From a bacterium (GTDB lineage: Bacteria; Hinthialibacterota; Hinthialibacteria; OLB16): a stretch of DNA of 64,000 bases. The stretch covers positions 40,111 to 104,110 of the forward strand of contig JAJVIK010000008.1 in NCBI GenBank assembly GCA_022072055.1, in the 5' to 3' direction. The translations under genes were made by a program, and so were the position numbers. How positions within the stretch are numbered: position 1 is the stretch's first letter; the number at the start of each line of letters is the position of its first letter. Below, piece by piece: positions 43,503-52,648 of the stretch. The notes beneath the pieces were generated by a model. That model saw only the letters and a list, made by a program, of their open reading frames with translations, made no database searches and was not told the DNA's origin.

Positions 43503-44471
43503 CTACCGCCTCACGCCGCCGCCATTCCCCGCAGCGACCTCCAGCATCTCGGTCCGGTTGATCAACGCCAAATCGCCTGGAATGGAATACTTCAGCGCGC
43601 AGGTGGCCGCGCCGTGGAGCAGCCCCGTGGCAAAGTCCTTCTCAATCAAGCCCGCGAGAAAACCGGCGGTGAACGCATCTCCGGCCCCGATCCGGTCCAC
43701 CACGCTGATCGGGAAACGCTCGAAGGAGAGCTCATGGTGACTGCCCTCGTGGTCGAACCCCACCGCGCCCTGGCTGCCGCAGGTAATCAGGATCCGCCGG
43801 GCCCCGAACTTGCGACGCACGCGCTCCGCGAGCACCAGCCCCTCCCCCTTCATGCCAAACACGCGCTTGACATCCTCCGCGCTTGAGATGATCAGGTCCA
43901 CTCCGGGGATGACCTTGAGCAGGGTGCTCCGGCATTGCGCCAGGGTCCAGAGCTTCTCGCGATAGTTGATCTCGAAAGACACCAGAGTCTTGCCCCGGTG
44001 CGCCTCCTCGATCCCGCGAAGAACGGTGGCCAGGCAGCTCCGTGAAAGCGCGCAGGTGATTCCGGTGGTGTGAAACCAACTCGCCGCGCGGACATAATTC
44101 CAATCCACCTCCTCGGGGCGAAGGGTGGAAGCGGCGCTGTTCGCCCGATCATACAGAACATGGGTTGCCCGAGGGGGGCTGCCGAACTCGATGTAAAAAG
44201 TCCCCACCCGCCCCTGGTCGGTCCAAACGACATGGGAGGTGTCCACCCCATGCACGCGGATTTCGCGCTCGATCTTTTCACCCAACGGGTTTCGCGCGAG
44301 TTTGCTGATCCATCCGCATCGCAGCCCCAACCGGCTCGCGGCGATGGCCACGTTCGATTCCGCGCCCGCGATCCCGAAACCGAGGTCCGCGCTCTGTTCG
44401 AGGCGCTGCTGACCGCGCGTGTAATGCCGAATCAGGGTCTCGCCGAGGGTGATCAAATCGAAGTTTTTCAT
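43503..44471 (-). CDS. PfkB-family sugar kinase, 2-dehydro-3-deoxygluconokinase-like
   Basis: Start reassigned to MKNFDLITLGETLIR. GAGDAF motif (VDRIGAGDAFTAGFLAGL). Typical KdgK-like length (322 aa). Confidence 0.7.
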   Translation of the reverse strand: MKNFDLITLGETLIRHYTRGQQRLEQSADLGFGIAGAESNVAIAASRLGLRCGWISKLARNPLGEKIEREIRVHGVDTSHVVWTDQGRVGTFYIEFGSPPRATHVLYDRANSAASTLRPEEVDWNYVRAASWFHTTGITCALSRSCLATVLRGIEEAHRGKTLVSFEINYREKLWTLAQCRSTLLKVIPGVDLIISSAEDVKRVFGMKGEGLVLAERVRRKFGARRILITCGSQGAVGFDHEGSHHELSFERFPISVVDRIGAGDAFTAGFLAGLIEKDFATGLLHGAATCALKYSIPGDLALINRTEMLEVAAGNGGGVRR

Positions 44472-44506
44472 GGCCTTCTTCCTGGTCCCGCCCAGCGGGC
44501 AGGTTT

Positions 44507-45466
44507 CTATGGCGCCCATGTCACAAACTCGGCGAACGCCTCCGCCACCTTCCCGTCGGCTGCATCGCCGCGGTGAACATAGAGGCGATACTTGAGTTCC
44601 ACCGCCTCTCCCGGAGCCATCCGGTGCGGCCTGTCGCAGGGCCAGGAGGCCCCGATGGTGCCGTAGTGACGAAGCAACCAGCCCTCGTGCGGATAGCCGG
44701 GGTTCCCCGGATGCTGGAAGATGGCCGCGCCGGAGAAAGGACCACCCGGGCTGATCGGCGCGGAAAGATCGGCCCAAGGGCTCTTGGCGCGCATGTCGTC
44801 GGCGGGGAGGACCCCCTCCGCAGTGGCGATCACGCGCGGCTCGCGGGAGGCATCGATGCGGTACATAAAGCCGCCATAACCCTTGACCTTCCCCGTGCCG
44901 CTGTCGATGTCATGGGTTCCCTCCAGGGTCACCTCCCGGTCGGCCACATTGGTGAAGCGCAATGCGAAATCAATCGCGCGTCCCAGGTCGCTTGCCGGGT
45001 GGACCCTTATCGAAACCTCCTCGCGCACCACGGTCTCGCCGGTGGGATCGAGGATCCAGCGGCTCACCACCTGGAGAGTGGCGCACTTTTCGTCCGCGCG
45101 CTTGTCGATCCACTTCTCGAACTCGCTGTGAACCCCGACCAGCGCCCAGAGATCAAAGCGTCTCCCACCGACCGCGGAGTATGGCCACGCCCAATAGACC
45201 CCACGGTGGTGGAAATGGTCATCCGGGTAATCGTCCGTGAGGATTTCCCTGTCCAGGCCATACAGCGGATGGATGTACCCCTGCCTCGGCCCGGTTTTCT
45301 GAGCTACCGCCTCCGGAACCTCCACAAAGGCGTAGTTGTAGACCAGGACCGGCTTGTCGTTCTCCAGGATGGTGATGTGTTTGCCGTCATCCTGGAGGGA
45401 AAAGCCGCCCGCATGCACGGCGTTCGCGAAGATCATCAGGAAGAAGCACCTCGTGATCGATTTCAC
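44507..45466 (-). CDS. Secreted DUF6807 / PmoA-like family protein
   Basis: GTG start overlapping the upstream stop (GTGA) gives signal peptide MKSITRCFFLMIFANAVHA. HFHHRGVYWAW and other Trp/His-rich blocks are typical of the PmoA-like DUF family. Alternative ATG start at 45436 lacks a signal peptide. Confidence 0.55.
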   Translation of the reverse strand: MKSITRCFFLMIFANAVHAGGFSLQDDGKHITILENDKPVLVYNYAFVEVPEAVAQKTGPRQGYIHPLYGLDREILTDDYPDDHFHHRGVYWAWPYSAVGGRRFDLWALVGVHSEFEKWIDKRADEKCATLQVVSRWILDPTGETVVREEVSIRVHPASDLGRAIDFALRFTNVADREVTLEGTHDIDSGTGKVKGYGGFMYRIDASREPRVIATAEGVLPADDMRAKSPWADLSAPISPGGPFSGAAIFQHPGNPGYPHEGWLLRHYGTIGASWPCDRPHRMAPGEAVELKYRLYVHRGDAADGKVAEAFAEFVTWAP

Positions 45467-46710
45467 CAGTCCGCCACCCCCCCATCCTTGTGCCAGAGGC
45501 GAGGAGTTTCCCAATCTTTCCACTCGGCGCGCAGCTGGGCGAGACGCTCCTCGTCGATCTCGACCCCCATGCCCGGCCCGGTGGGAACCTCGATATACCC
45601 ATCCTTGACCACGAACGGCTCCTTGAGCAGCCCATCGCCAAGATTGCCCTGCTCCTGGATCAGGAAATTCGGGCTGCAAGCATCGATCTGAAGGCAGGCG
45701 GCGGTGGAGAGGGCTTGCAGTGGATTGTGTGGCGCGACCCCGACATAGTACGCCTCCGCCATCGCGGCGATCTTCTTCACCTCGGTGATCCCGCCGGCGT
45801 GACAGCAGTCCGGTTGAACCACCGCCACTGCTTGTTTCTCCAACAGCTCGCGGAACTCAAACTTGGTGTAGATCCGCTCTCCGGTCGCGATGGGCGCCTT
45901 GACCGCGTGCGCCACCCGGACCAGGGCATCCACATTCTCAGGGAGGATCGGCTCCTCGACAAAGAAGGGGCGCAGCTCGGTGATTGCGTCAATCACGCTG
46001 ATCGCCATCGCGGGGGCGAGCTTCCCATGAAAATCAATCAGGATGTCGAAATCATCCGGGGCGGCCTCGCGCAGCCACTTGACCTGATTGTAGACTGACT
46101 TGATGACCTCCATCCCATCCAGGATTTCCGCCGTTTCGGGCATCCCCATCTTGCCCGCGCGAAACCCCCTCGAAAGCGCGCTCTGGATACTCTCCTTGGC
46201 GGATTCCGGGGAGCCACCGCCGATTCCGCAATAGACCTTGATCCGATCCCGCGCGCGCCCGCCGAGCAGTTGATGGACCGGTTGCCCCAGCGCCTTTCCC
46301 AAAAGGTCCCACAACGCCTGGTCGATCCCGGAGATGGCGCTGGTGAGCACCGGCCCGCCATGATAGAAATCCCCTCGATACATCGCCTGCCAGTGACGTT
46401 CGATCTCGAAGGGGTTCTTCCCGATCAGGTAGCGCCTGTACTCCTCAATCGCGGTCACCTGGGTGGCCGCGCGCCCCTCCAGGCTCCCCTCGCCCCAACC
46501 CACCAGTCCCCCATCCGTTTCGATCCGGACAAACACCGATCGCGGGGGAACCTGGAAGGCTTCGAGCTGGACGATGCGGTGTTCCTTGCCACCCGGAAGG
46601 TTGGGCGTGGAGGGCGCGGCAAAGGCGGAGAGGATTGTCCCCCCATGAAGAGTTCCCGCGCCGAACGCCGCGCCTGCGACCCCGAGGAAACCTCTCCGGG
46701 AAAGCGTCAT
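45463..46710 (-). CDS. Enolase-superfamily (mandelate racemase/muconate lactonizing enzyme family) sugar-acid dehydratase, galactonate dehydratase-like, with Tat signal peptide
   Basis: N-terminus MTLSRRGFLGVAGAAFGAG (twin-arginine motif). MR/MLE-like core (KVYCGIGGG, DILIDFHG, EEP, ATGERIY, QPDCCHAGGITE). Confidence 0.7.
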   Translation of the reverse strand: MTLSRRGFLGVAGAAFGAGTLHGGTILSAFAAPSTPNLPGGKEHRIVQLEAFQVPPRSVFVRIETDGGLVGWGEGSLEGRAATQVTAIEEYRRYLIGKNPFEIERHWQAMYRGDFYHGGPVLTSAISGIDQALWDLLGKALGQPVHQLLGGRARDRIKVYCGIGGGSPESAKESIQSALSRGFRAGKMGMPETAEILDGMEVIKSVYNQVKWLREAAPDDFDILIDFHGKLAPAMAISVIDAITELRPFFVEEPILPENVDALVRVAHAVKAPIATGERIYTKFEFRELLEKQAVAVVQPDCCHAGGITEVKKIAAMAEAYYVGVAPHNPLQALSTAACLQIDACSPNFLIQEQGNLGDGLLKEPFVVKDGYIEVPTGPGMGVEIDEERLAQLRAEWKDWETPRLWHKDGGVADW

Positions 46711-46715
46711 TGTCC

Positions 46716-47558
46716 TCAGCCTCCGTTCGGACCGTAATAGTCAAAGTAGCTCCGGCTGGTCTCCCACAGGCGCAAACGGTGGAGCTCCGCCGGGGCAAAT
46801 CGGCCCTCGAGGATTCCCCAGAACACGATCGCCATGTTCTCCGCGCTAGGGTTGATGTCCCGGAACTCCTCGGTGTCCAGGTTCAGATAGACATGGTCAA
46901 ACGGTTCGAGAATCTGCTCCTTGAGGACCGCGTCCATCCGATCCACCTGGATGACACAGTCGGTCTTGGGGTCCGGCTCGCCGCGCACGGTCACCTCCAG
47001 GATATAATCGTGCCCGTGGCCATGGAGGTTGTTGCACTTGCCGAAAATCTGACGGTTCTCTTCATCCGAGAGATTCTTGTTGTGCAATCGATGCGCCGCC
47101 GCGAAGCGGTAGATACGGGTGAGATACACCATCTGACCCTCTCCTCGGTAATCGAGATAGAAATCGGGGGTTTCAAAGATCTGGACTTCATGGAGCCTGC
47201 CCACCGGTAGGCGCGGAGCCATCTCCTCCCAGATGAACGGGGCGAGAACCTCCAAGGTCGGCCAGCGGTCGCGGAGTTTCTCGACCTCGATGTTCATGTG
47301 GTGGTGGTCGAGCTGCTCATCAATCACCTCGCGCATCACCCGGTCGAGGTCCTTGATGTTGACCACCCAATCGCCGCGCGGGTCGATGGGACCGGCGAGG
47401 GTCACACGGACCTCGTAGTTGTGGCCGTGGGAGTGGGTGGCCGCGCTCTTGCCGAAGGCCGCGATCCGCTCCTCCGGGGAAAGGCGGTCGAGGACATAGG
47501 AATGCGAGGCCGCGATTTCCAGGGTTCGTGTGAGATGGACCTCGCCGGTGGCCCGCAT
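46716..47558 (-). CDS. Tandem two-domain 6-pyruvoyl-tetrahydropterin synthase / QueD-like protein
   Basis: Two PTPS-like halves, each with the His triad context (AASHSY...HSHGHNYEV and AAAHRLHNKN...HGHGHDYILEV). Start at Met with GGGAG RBS, 5 nt after the upstream stop. Confidence 0.65.
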   Translation of the reverse strand: MRATGEVHLTRTLEIAASHSYVLDRLSPEERIAAFGKSAATHSHGHNYEVRVTLAGPIDPRGDWVVNIKDLDRVMREVIDEQLDHHHMNIEVEKLRDRWPTLEVLAPFIWEEMAPRLPVGRLHEVQIFETPDFYLDYRGEGQMVYLTRIYRFAAAHRLHNKNLSDEENRQIFGKCNNLHGHGHDYILEVTVRGEPDPKTDCVIQVDRMDAVLKEQILEPFDHVYLNLDTEEFRDINPSAENMAIVFWGILEGRFAPAELHRLRLWETSRSYFDYYGPNGG

Positions 47559-47563
47559 GCGCG

Positions 47564-48490
47564 CTACTCCCGATGGTAATGCTGTCCGATGGCCCGGGGC
47601 GAGCGGGAAGTCCCCAAGGCCGCCGCGAGCACCAGTAAGGTTAACAGATATGGCAGCATCTGGAGATAGGGGTAGTTGGCCGAAAGCCAAACAATGTTTG
47701 AGGCCTGAAGCAGCAGCTGCAAGGCGGTGGCCGCGCCGAAGAACAGCGCCCCACCCAAGACTCCGAGCGGGTTCCAGCGCCCGAAGATCACAATCGCGAG
47801 CGCGATGAACCCGCGCCCGTTGCTCATCCCCTCATTGAAGGTGTTGGAGAGCGAAAGCGAAAGCGAGGCGCCCGCAAGCCCTCCGAGGAGCCCTTCGATC
47901 AGGATCGCGCACCAGCGCACTCCGTTCACCGGAATGCCGGCGGCATCCGCCGCGCGTGGGTGTTCCCCCACGGCGGCAAGATGGAAACCCAGGCGGGTCC
48001 TCGTGTGTAGAAACGCGAACAGGAGGGCGATCCAGATCGCCAGATAGGTCAGGATGGTCTGAGAGAAGAGCGCGGGTCCCACCAAGGGAATGTTTTCCAG
48101 ACTGAAGAGGTTCCATTCCGCGAACGGGGCCACTGTGGCGGCGCTCCCGGTTTGCCCATAGAGGAGTTGATAGCCCATCCCGGTTCCGCCGAGGGCCAGG
48201 AAATTGAGCGCCGCTCCGGTCACAATCTGATCGTTGCGCAGCGCGATGCAAAAGACCCCGAAGAGAACCGCGAGGGCAAGCCCGGCGAGCATCGCGGCGA
48301 GCACTCCCGCCCAGAGGGAACCGGTGGAGGCGGCCACGACAAAGGCCGCGAAGGCCCCCGCGAGGAGTTTCCCCTCGATCCCGATGTTGATCAGGCCGGC
48401 TTTTTCCGCGAGCAGTTCCCCAAGCGCGGCAAGGAGTAGCGGGGTGGCGATTCGGACCCCGGATTGGAGGAAGATCTCGAACGGCTCCAT
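47564..48490 (-). CDS. ABC transporter permease (BPD_transp_2 / RbsC-LivH-type fold), no adjacent ATPase or binding protein
   Basis: 308 aa, about 9 TM helices. NIGIEGKLLAGAF segment is typical of this permease family. Confidence 0.65.
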   Translation of the reverse strand: MEPFEIFLQSGVRIATPLLLAALGELLAEKAGLINIGIEGKLLAGAFAAFVVAASTGSLWAGVLAAMLAGLALAVLFGVFCIALRNDQIVTGAALNFLALGGTGMGYQLLYGQTGSAATVAPFAEWNLFSLENIPLVGPALFSQTILTYLAIWIALLFAFLHTRTRLGFHLAAVGEHPRAADAAGIPVNGVRWCAILIEGLLGGLAGASLSLSLSNTFNEGMSNGRGFIALAIVIFGRWNPLGVLGGALFFGAATALQLLLQASNIVWLSANYPYLQMLPYLLTLLVLAAALGTSRSPRAIGQHYHRE

Positions 48491-48514
48491 GCGGGGATGC
48501 TAGCAGTTTGTGGG

Positions 48515-49318
48515 TTAGTCTTCAGCAAGGGGACCGACAGTCGCCATGTGGACCACGAACTCCTCCTCACCGTCCAGGCCGAGCAGGGCGTCCATGCGGG
48601 GCTGGTCATATCCGCCGATGGAGCAGACCCCGACCCCGAGCGCCTCCGCCGCGAGGTAGAGGTTCTGGCAGATGCATCCGAGGTCGATCAGCATCGGCTT
48701 GTGCGCGGCCATGTTGTAGCGCCATTCGGCGCGGCGCGGGATGCAGGTCCAGGCGAACACCAGCGCGCCTCGTCCGACATGCTCCTGACCCAACCCGCCC
48801 GCGCGTAGGCTGGCCTCCAAGTCGGAAATGGGGCGAAGAAATTGAACCTCATGGGAAAGGGGAAGATACCTCCAGAGACCGCGTTCCAGCCCTTCGACGC
48901 GGGGCGTGAAGAAATAGGTCTCATAAGGATGTCGCGCGCCGCTGGAGGCCACGGTCCGGTGGGTGGAGCGCCCACCGTCGATCACCTCCAGCACCCCATG
49001 TGAAGCCCAGAGTAGAAAGGACAACGAAGGAAGTGAAATTGGAGCATGGGAAAAATCCCTGCGGCTGCGACGGTTCCTCAGGCAGGTTTCAATATCTCGC
49101 TCAAGGAGACGCGTTCCGCGAGGATTGGGAAGCGCGCGGGTGACCTTCCCTTCCTCCGCCGGTTTTGCAAGGGGAGGCGCGGTCACTCCACGCTGCTCAT
49201 CGGAGGTCATCTCGGGGTATTCCGCGAAGGGGGTCTTCAGAAAGTCTCGATACAACCGGCAGCGGTCCTCGAAGAAGGATTGGGGACGGCGCCAGAAGGG
49301 CTTAATCCTCATCGCCAT
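48515..49318 (-). CDS. SagB-type dehydrogenase / nitroreductase-family protein
   Basis: RSRRDF...SLSFLLWASHG...RTVASSGARHPYETYF...KPMLIDLGCICQNLYLAAEALGVGVCSIGGY is typical of the SagB/ThcOx nitroreductase-like family. 5-prime end overlaps the upstream gene stop by about 17 nt. Confidence 0.65.
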   Translation of the reverse strand: MAMRIKPFWRRPQSFFEDRCRLYRDFLKTPFAEYPEMTSDEQRGVTAPPLAKPAEEGKVTRALPNPRGTRLLERDIETCLRNRRSRRDFSHAPISLPSLSFLLWASHGVLEVIDGGRSTHRTVASSGARHPYETYFFTPRVEGLERGLWRYLPLSHEVQFLRPISDLEASLRAGGLGQEHVGRGALVFAWTCIPRRAEWRYNMAAHKPMLIDLGCICQNLYLAAEALGVGVCSIGGYDQPRMDALLGLDGEEEFVVHMATVGPLAED

Positions 49319-52300
49319 CGTCGTCGCGACCTTCGCCGGTCAATTCCCGTAGTGCGCCTTGGATGGCGCGAAGATCTTTGTTCCTGATTCCCCAAATCTC
49401 CGCCGCGATCTTGTCTATCTCCCGTTCATGCGCCGCAACAAGGTCATGGTCACCCCGGTCCCGCGCCGAATGGCACAGGCGTGAGAGTTGTGAAAGTCGC
49501 GCGTGGAGGTCAGAAGATGGTTGGTACATCGGAACACGAACGTTCTCCAATACATGCGTCGACGTGGAGATGGACACCACGTATGAATGGACCGCGAGCA
49601 AGCTCGTGGAGGAATTCAGCATCCCCGCGAGGTAATGGACCTCTCGCGAGGACTTGCAGGGAACGAGCATCAATTTGTGATCCGGAAGGATCGGTAGGTT
49701 CCGGTCTCCATCAATCGCCGAGGCTTGGAAAAGGGCTGTCTGTTCGCGCCACACAACCTTCCATTTGCTCATTGTGTACGGCCCCACGTTATACATCGAA
49801 TAGAACGGGTCGGTCGGCTTGAAATACTTTCGATATCCCGACCTACCGCGCAGGGCGCCGTGCTCCGGGTTCTTCGGGTCCCCCTCGAATTGCTTGAAAT
49901 AGGAGAAGGTCTTCGGATACTTCAGCACCATCACGGATTCCGGGATCCCACGACGGGTCTTGGGGTCTTGCGCGAGGATGATGTAGGCCGAAGGTTCGGC
50001 GCGCCAACGATGCACATCCCGACCGCGGAGAAGGGGGTAAACCAGATCCGGCTCAATCACCCACTCCACCTTCTTGATGGCTATTTTCCCGACATCGTGT
50101 AGGTTTTCGATCACGAGGTTTCCGTTGGGAAGCGTCGCGAGAATCCTTATCCAGAAGACCCCATTCAACCATGTGCAGCAGCCGGCGTGCGCTTGATAAG
50201 GACTCTTTCCCAGGACCTTTTGGATTCCGGAAAGGGCGCTCTTGGGCGCGGTCATCCAGGGGGAGCTGGACTTCTTGGGGTTCACCGGCAGGGCGGCGAG
50301 AGTCATGGGCTTGGCCAGTTGTTTGGCCTCCGCGAGGTCAACCTCCTGAGAGATTCGCGACGCGCCGCGCCAGACCGTGTATTTGACGGGATAAGAGAAG
50401 GAACGCTTGCTCTTTTCACAGATGAAGACCGCCGTTCGGTTGGTGGCGCCCTCGAAGACTTGCATGGCGCTCAGGTCATGAACCTCCAGCGGTCTGATAC
50501 GGACAGTCTTCCCTCGCTTGTGGTATTCGAGATGTCGAAAACCATCCCCCGCTCCCTTGGTCTTGAACACACTCTCGGTGATGACAAAGCCAAGCTTGCC
50601 GCCCTCCTCAAGGTAATTGTCCACCGCGGAATAGACAAACAACATGGAGAGGTCTTTCTTCCCGCCGCCCAATCTTCCCGCCGAGCCCGAGAGGGTGAAG
50701 AGCCCGTACTCCTGCCAAAGGGGCTTCATGGCGTCCCGGTAGGCATCGGGCAGACTTTCCCAATTGACCCAAGGGGGATTCCCCGCGACCAGGTCCACCT
50801 TGCCCACGAACAACGGCGCGAAGGCGTTCTTGATGTTCCGCGCCCAGACCCCATTCTTGTTGGCGGCGGCGAGTTCTTGGAGCTGGACATAGAGGCCCCT
50901 GTGAAGGTCCTTCTCAGCGGTGGGGATGGCCTCGACATCGCAGCGCTTGAGGAAATCATCGGGGGAGAGACCGGTCCGAACACAGAATTCCAGGGTCTCG
51001 GTGTATCGTCCGATCTGATGGGGGTTCTCCGCGATCTCGTTGGGAATGATGAATTCCGTCTCGCTGGTTCGGAGTCGCCGGGTTTTGCCGTGACCACCGG
51101 TGAACAGGTCGCCGTACTGGGACGGTGTCAGGATGGAATCGCACAGGTAGACCGGAAGATCCACTCCCGCCGAACGCGGAAGCAGATCCCGAAGGGCCAT
51201 CAGGTAGTTGGTGCGAGCAGCCATCACCGCGAGCGGATTGAGATCAAACCCAATCAGATTGCGCAAAATCTTCTTGAAGAGCTCGTCTTCCCGGAATGTG
51301 CAGTCGTGACGGTGCTCCGAGAACCAAGCCTTGACCCGATTGAGCGCCATGACCAGGAAGGTCCCGGACCCGCAGGCGGGATCGAGCAGTCTCGTGTCCG
51401 GGTTCCCGTCGTAGCCCAATTCGTCGAGAACCAGGTCCGCGAGCCAATCGGGCGTATAGTATTCGCCGAGGTCATGCCGGATCGAGCGCGGGAAGAGCTG
51501 CTGGTAGAGCTGTTTCAAAAGGTCTCGGGACTCGGCGGCCTCCACGGCCAGAGTGGTGGGGTCGAAATCGTCGAGCGCACGGACCATCTCGCGAACGGCC
51601 GACTCGCAACGCTCGTCCCAAGCGTCAAGATACCAGGCGAAGAGATCCCCCTCCAGCAGATTGAGAATGCCAACCTGCGACCAGATGCCGCCTTGCTCGA
51701 GATTCAGCAGCTCGCCGTGAAGCTTTTCAGAGGTCGGCGCCTCAATGAGGCGTTTGAGCGGGGAAGGCCCGAATTGCAGCAAGGGGGAAACGATTTCAGC
51801 CGCCACGAGCTTGATCAGGATCGCGTAATAAGAGTGAACGGCAAAAAGAAGCTCGGCGGGTCTCGGGTTCTTGACCGAGTAGTGATCGGCGAGTCTTCTC
51901 ACTCTTGAGGTTTGGGCATGGATATCGTATCCGCACACCTCGCCGAAGAGGACCTGCCACTGCCGAAAGAAGGTTTGGGCCTTGGGGTTGTCCGTGGAGC
52001 AGATCAGGTCATGGAGGCTTCGGATGCTTTCCCTGGCGCTGCTGCTTTCCGATCCGAATTTCAGCGCGAGATTATCGGGAGTGAATGAAAGCCCGCGCGC
52101 GCCCACCGAGACCAGCGCCCGAAGCCAGCGCTCGACCGTTAGCGGTGTGACCGGCAGAGGGTTCTCGGCCTCGAACGCCCCGGCCCGGGCGCGGACAAAC
52201 ACCACCATGCGTCCATCGCACCCGACCCCGAAGATGCGCTCCAGTTCAACATTCTCCTCCGACCGGAGATCGAGGAAGCGCTGTTGGACTTGCTCCACGA

Positions 52301-52589
52301 CGGCCTTGGAGCCGGGAGCCTCCCTGCTTTCGCCAATCCTCCCGATCCCCTTGGGGAACTTGTATTCGATCACCACGCCGCCATACTTGGAGTCCACTCT
52401 CCCGCCCGCGAGTCCGTACTCGTGACGGCCCTTGATCGACAACCCCGCGCGGGTCACGAACTCATCCAGGAGCTTGTTGCATTCGTGGCGGATGTCTTCT
52501 TCCGAAGCGGCGGTCTCGGCGGCGCGAAGCATCCGCGCGGCCATTTCCTCGGAGAACTCCTTGATCAGCGTTTCGATGTCCCCGCTCAC
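49302..52589 (-). CDS. Type IIG/IIL restriction-modification fusion enzyme (MmeI-like: N-terminal PD-ExK nuclease, central gamma-class N6-adenine methyltransferase, C-terminal target recognition region)
   Basis: N-terminal RVDSKYGGVVIEYKF (D-x8-E-x-K; MmeI has D-x9-E-x-K). SAM motif LLDPACGSGTFL. Catalytic DLVAGNPPW. About 500 aa C-terminal region. No BREX or helicase neighbours. GTG start with GGAGGA RBS. Confidence 0.55.
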   Translation of the reverse strand: MSGDIETLIKEFSEEMAARMLRAAETAASEEDIRHECNKLLDEFVTRAGLSIKGRHEYGLAGGRVDSKYGGVVIEYKFPKGIGRIGESREAPGSKAVVEQVQQRFLDLRSEENVELERIFGVGCDGRMVVFVRARAGAFEAENPLPVTPLTVERWLRALVSVGARGLSFTPDNLALKFGSESSSARESIRSLHDLICSTDNPKAQTFFRQWQVLFGEVCGYDIHAQTSRVRRLADHYSVKNPRPAELLFAVHSYYAILIKLVAAEIVSPLLQFGPSPLKRLIEAPTSEKLHGELLNLEQGGIWSQVGILNLLEGDLFAWYLDAWDERCESAVREMVRALDDFDPTTLAVEAAESRDLLKQLYQQLFPRSIRHDLGEYYTPDWLADLVLDELGYDGNPDTRLLDPACGSGTFLVMALNRVKAWFSEHRHDCTFREDELFKKILRNLIGFDLNPLAVMAARTNYLMALRDLLPRSAGVDLPVYLCDSILTPSQYGDLFTGGHGKTRRLRTSETEFIIPNEIAENPHQIGRYTETLEFCVRTGLSPDDFLKRCDVEAIPTAEKDLHRGLYVQLQELAAANKNGVWARNIKNAFAPLFVGKVDLVAGNPPWVNWESLPDAYRDAMKPLWQEYGLFTLSGSAGRLGGGKKDLSMLFVYSAVDNYLEEGGKLGFVITESVFKTKGAGDGFRHLEYHKRGKTVRIRPLEVHDLSAMQVFEGATNRTAVFICEKSKRSFSYPVKYTVWRGASRISQEVDLAEAKQLAKPMTLAALPVNPKKSSSPWMTAPKSALSGIQKVLGKSPYQAHAGCCTWLNGVFWIRILATLPNGNLVIENLHDVGKIAIKKVEWVIEPDLVYPLLRGRDVHRWRAEPSAYIILAQDPKTRRGIPESVMVLKYPKTFSYFKQFEGDPKNPEHGALRGRSGYRKYFKPTDPFYSMYNVGPYTMSKWKVVWREQTALFQASAIDGDRNLPILPDHKLMLVPCKSSREVHYLAGMLNSSTSLLAVHSYVVSISTSTHVLENVRVPMYQPSSDLHARLSQLSRLCHSARDRGDHDLVAAHEREIDKIAAEIWGIRNKDLRAIQGALRELTGEGRDDDGDED

Positions 52590-52648
52590 CGCGAATCAGT
52601 CCTCCGCATTCCGGACTCTCCCGGCCCCATCGGGCTTCGCGATCCTTC

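Noticed and set aside
50187-51908. 573 aa plus-strand ORF
   Set aside because: Antisense to the type IIG R-M gene, which has methyltransferase motifs in order. Low-complexity translation.
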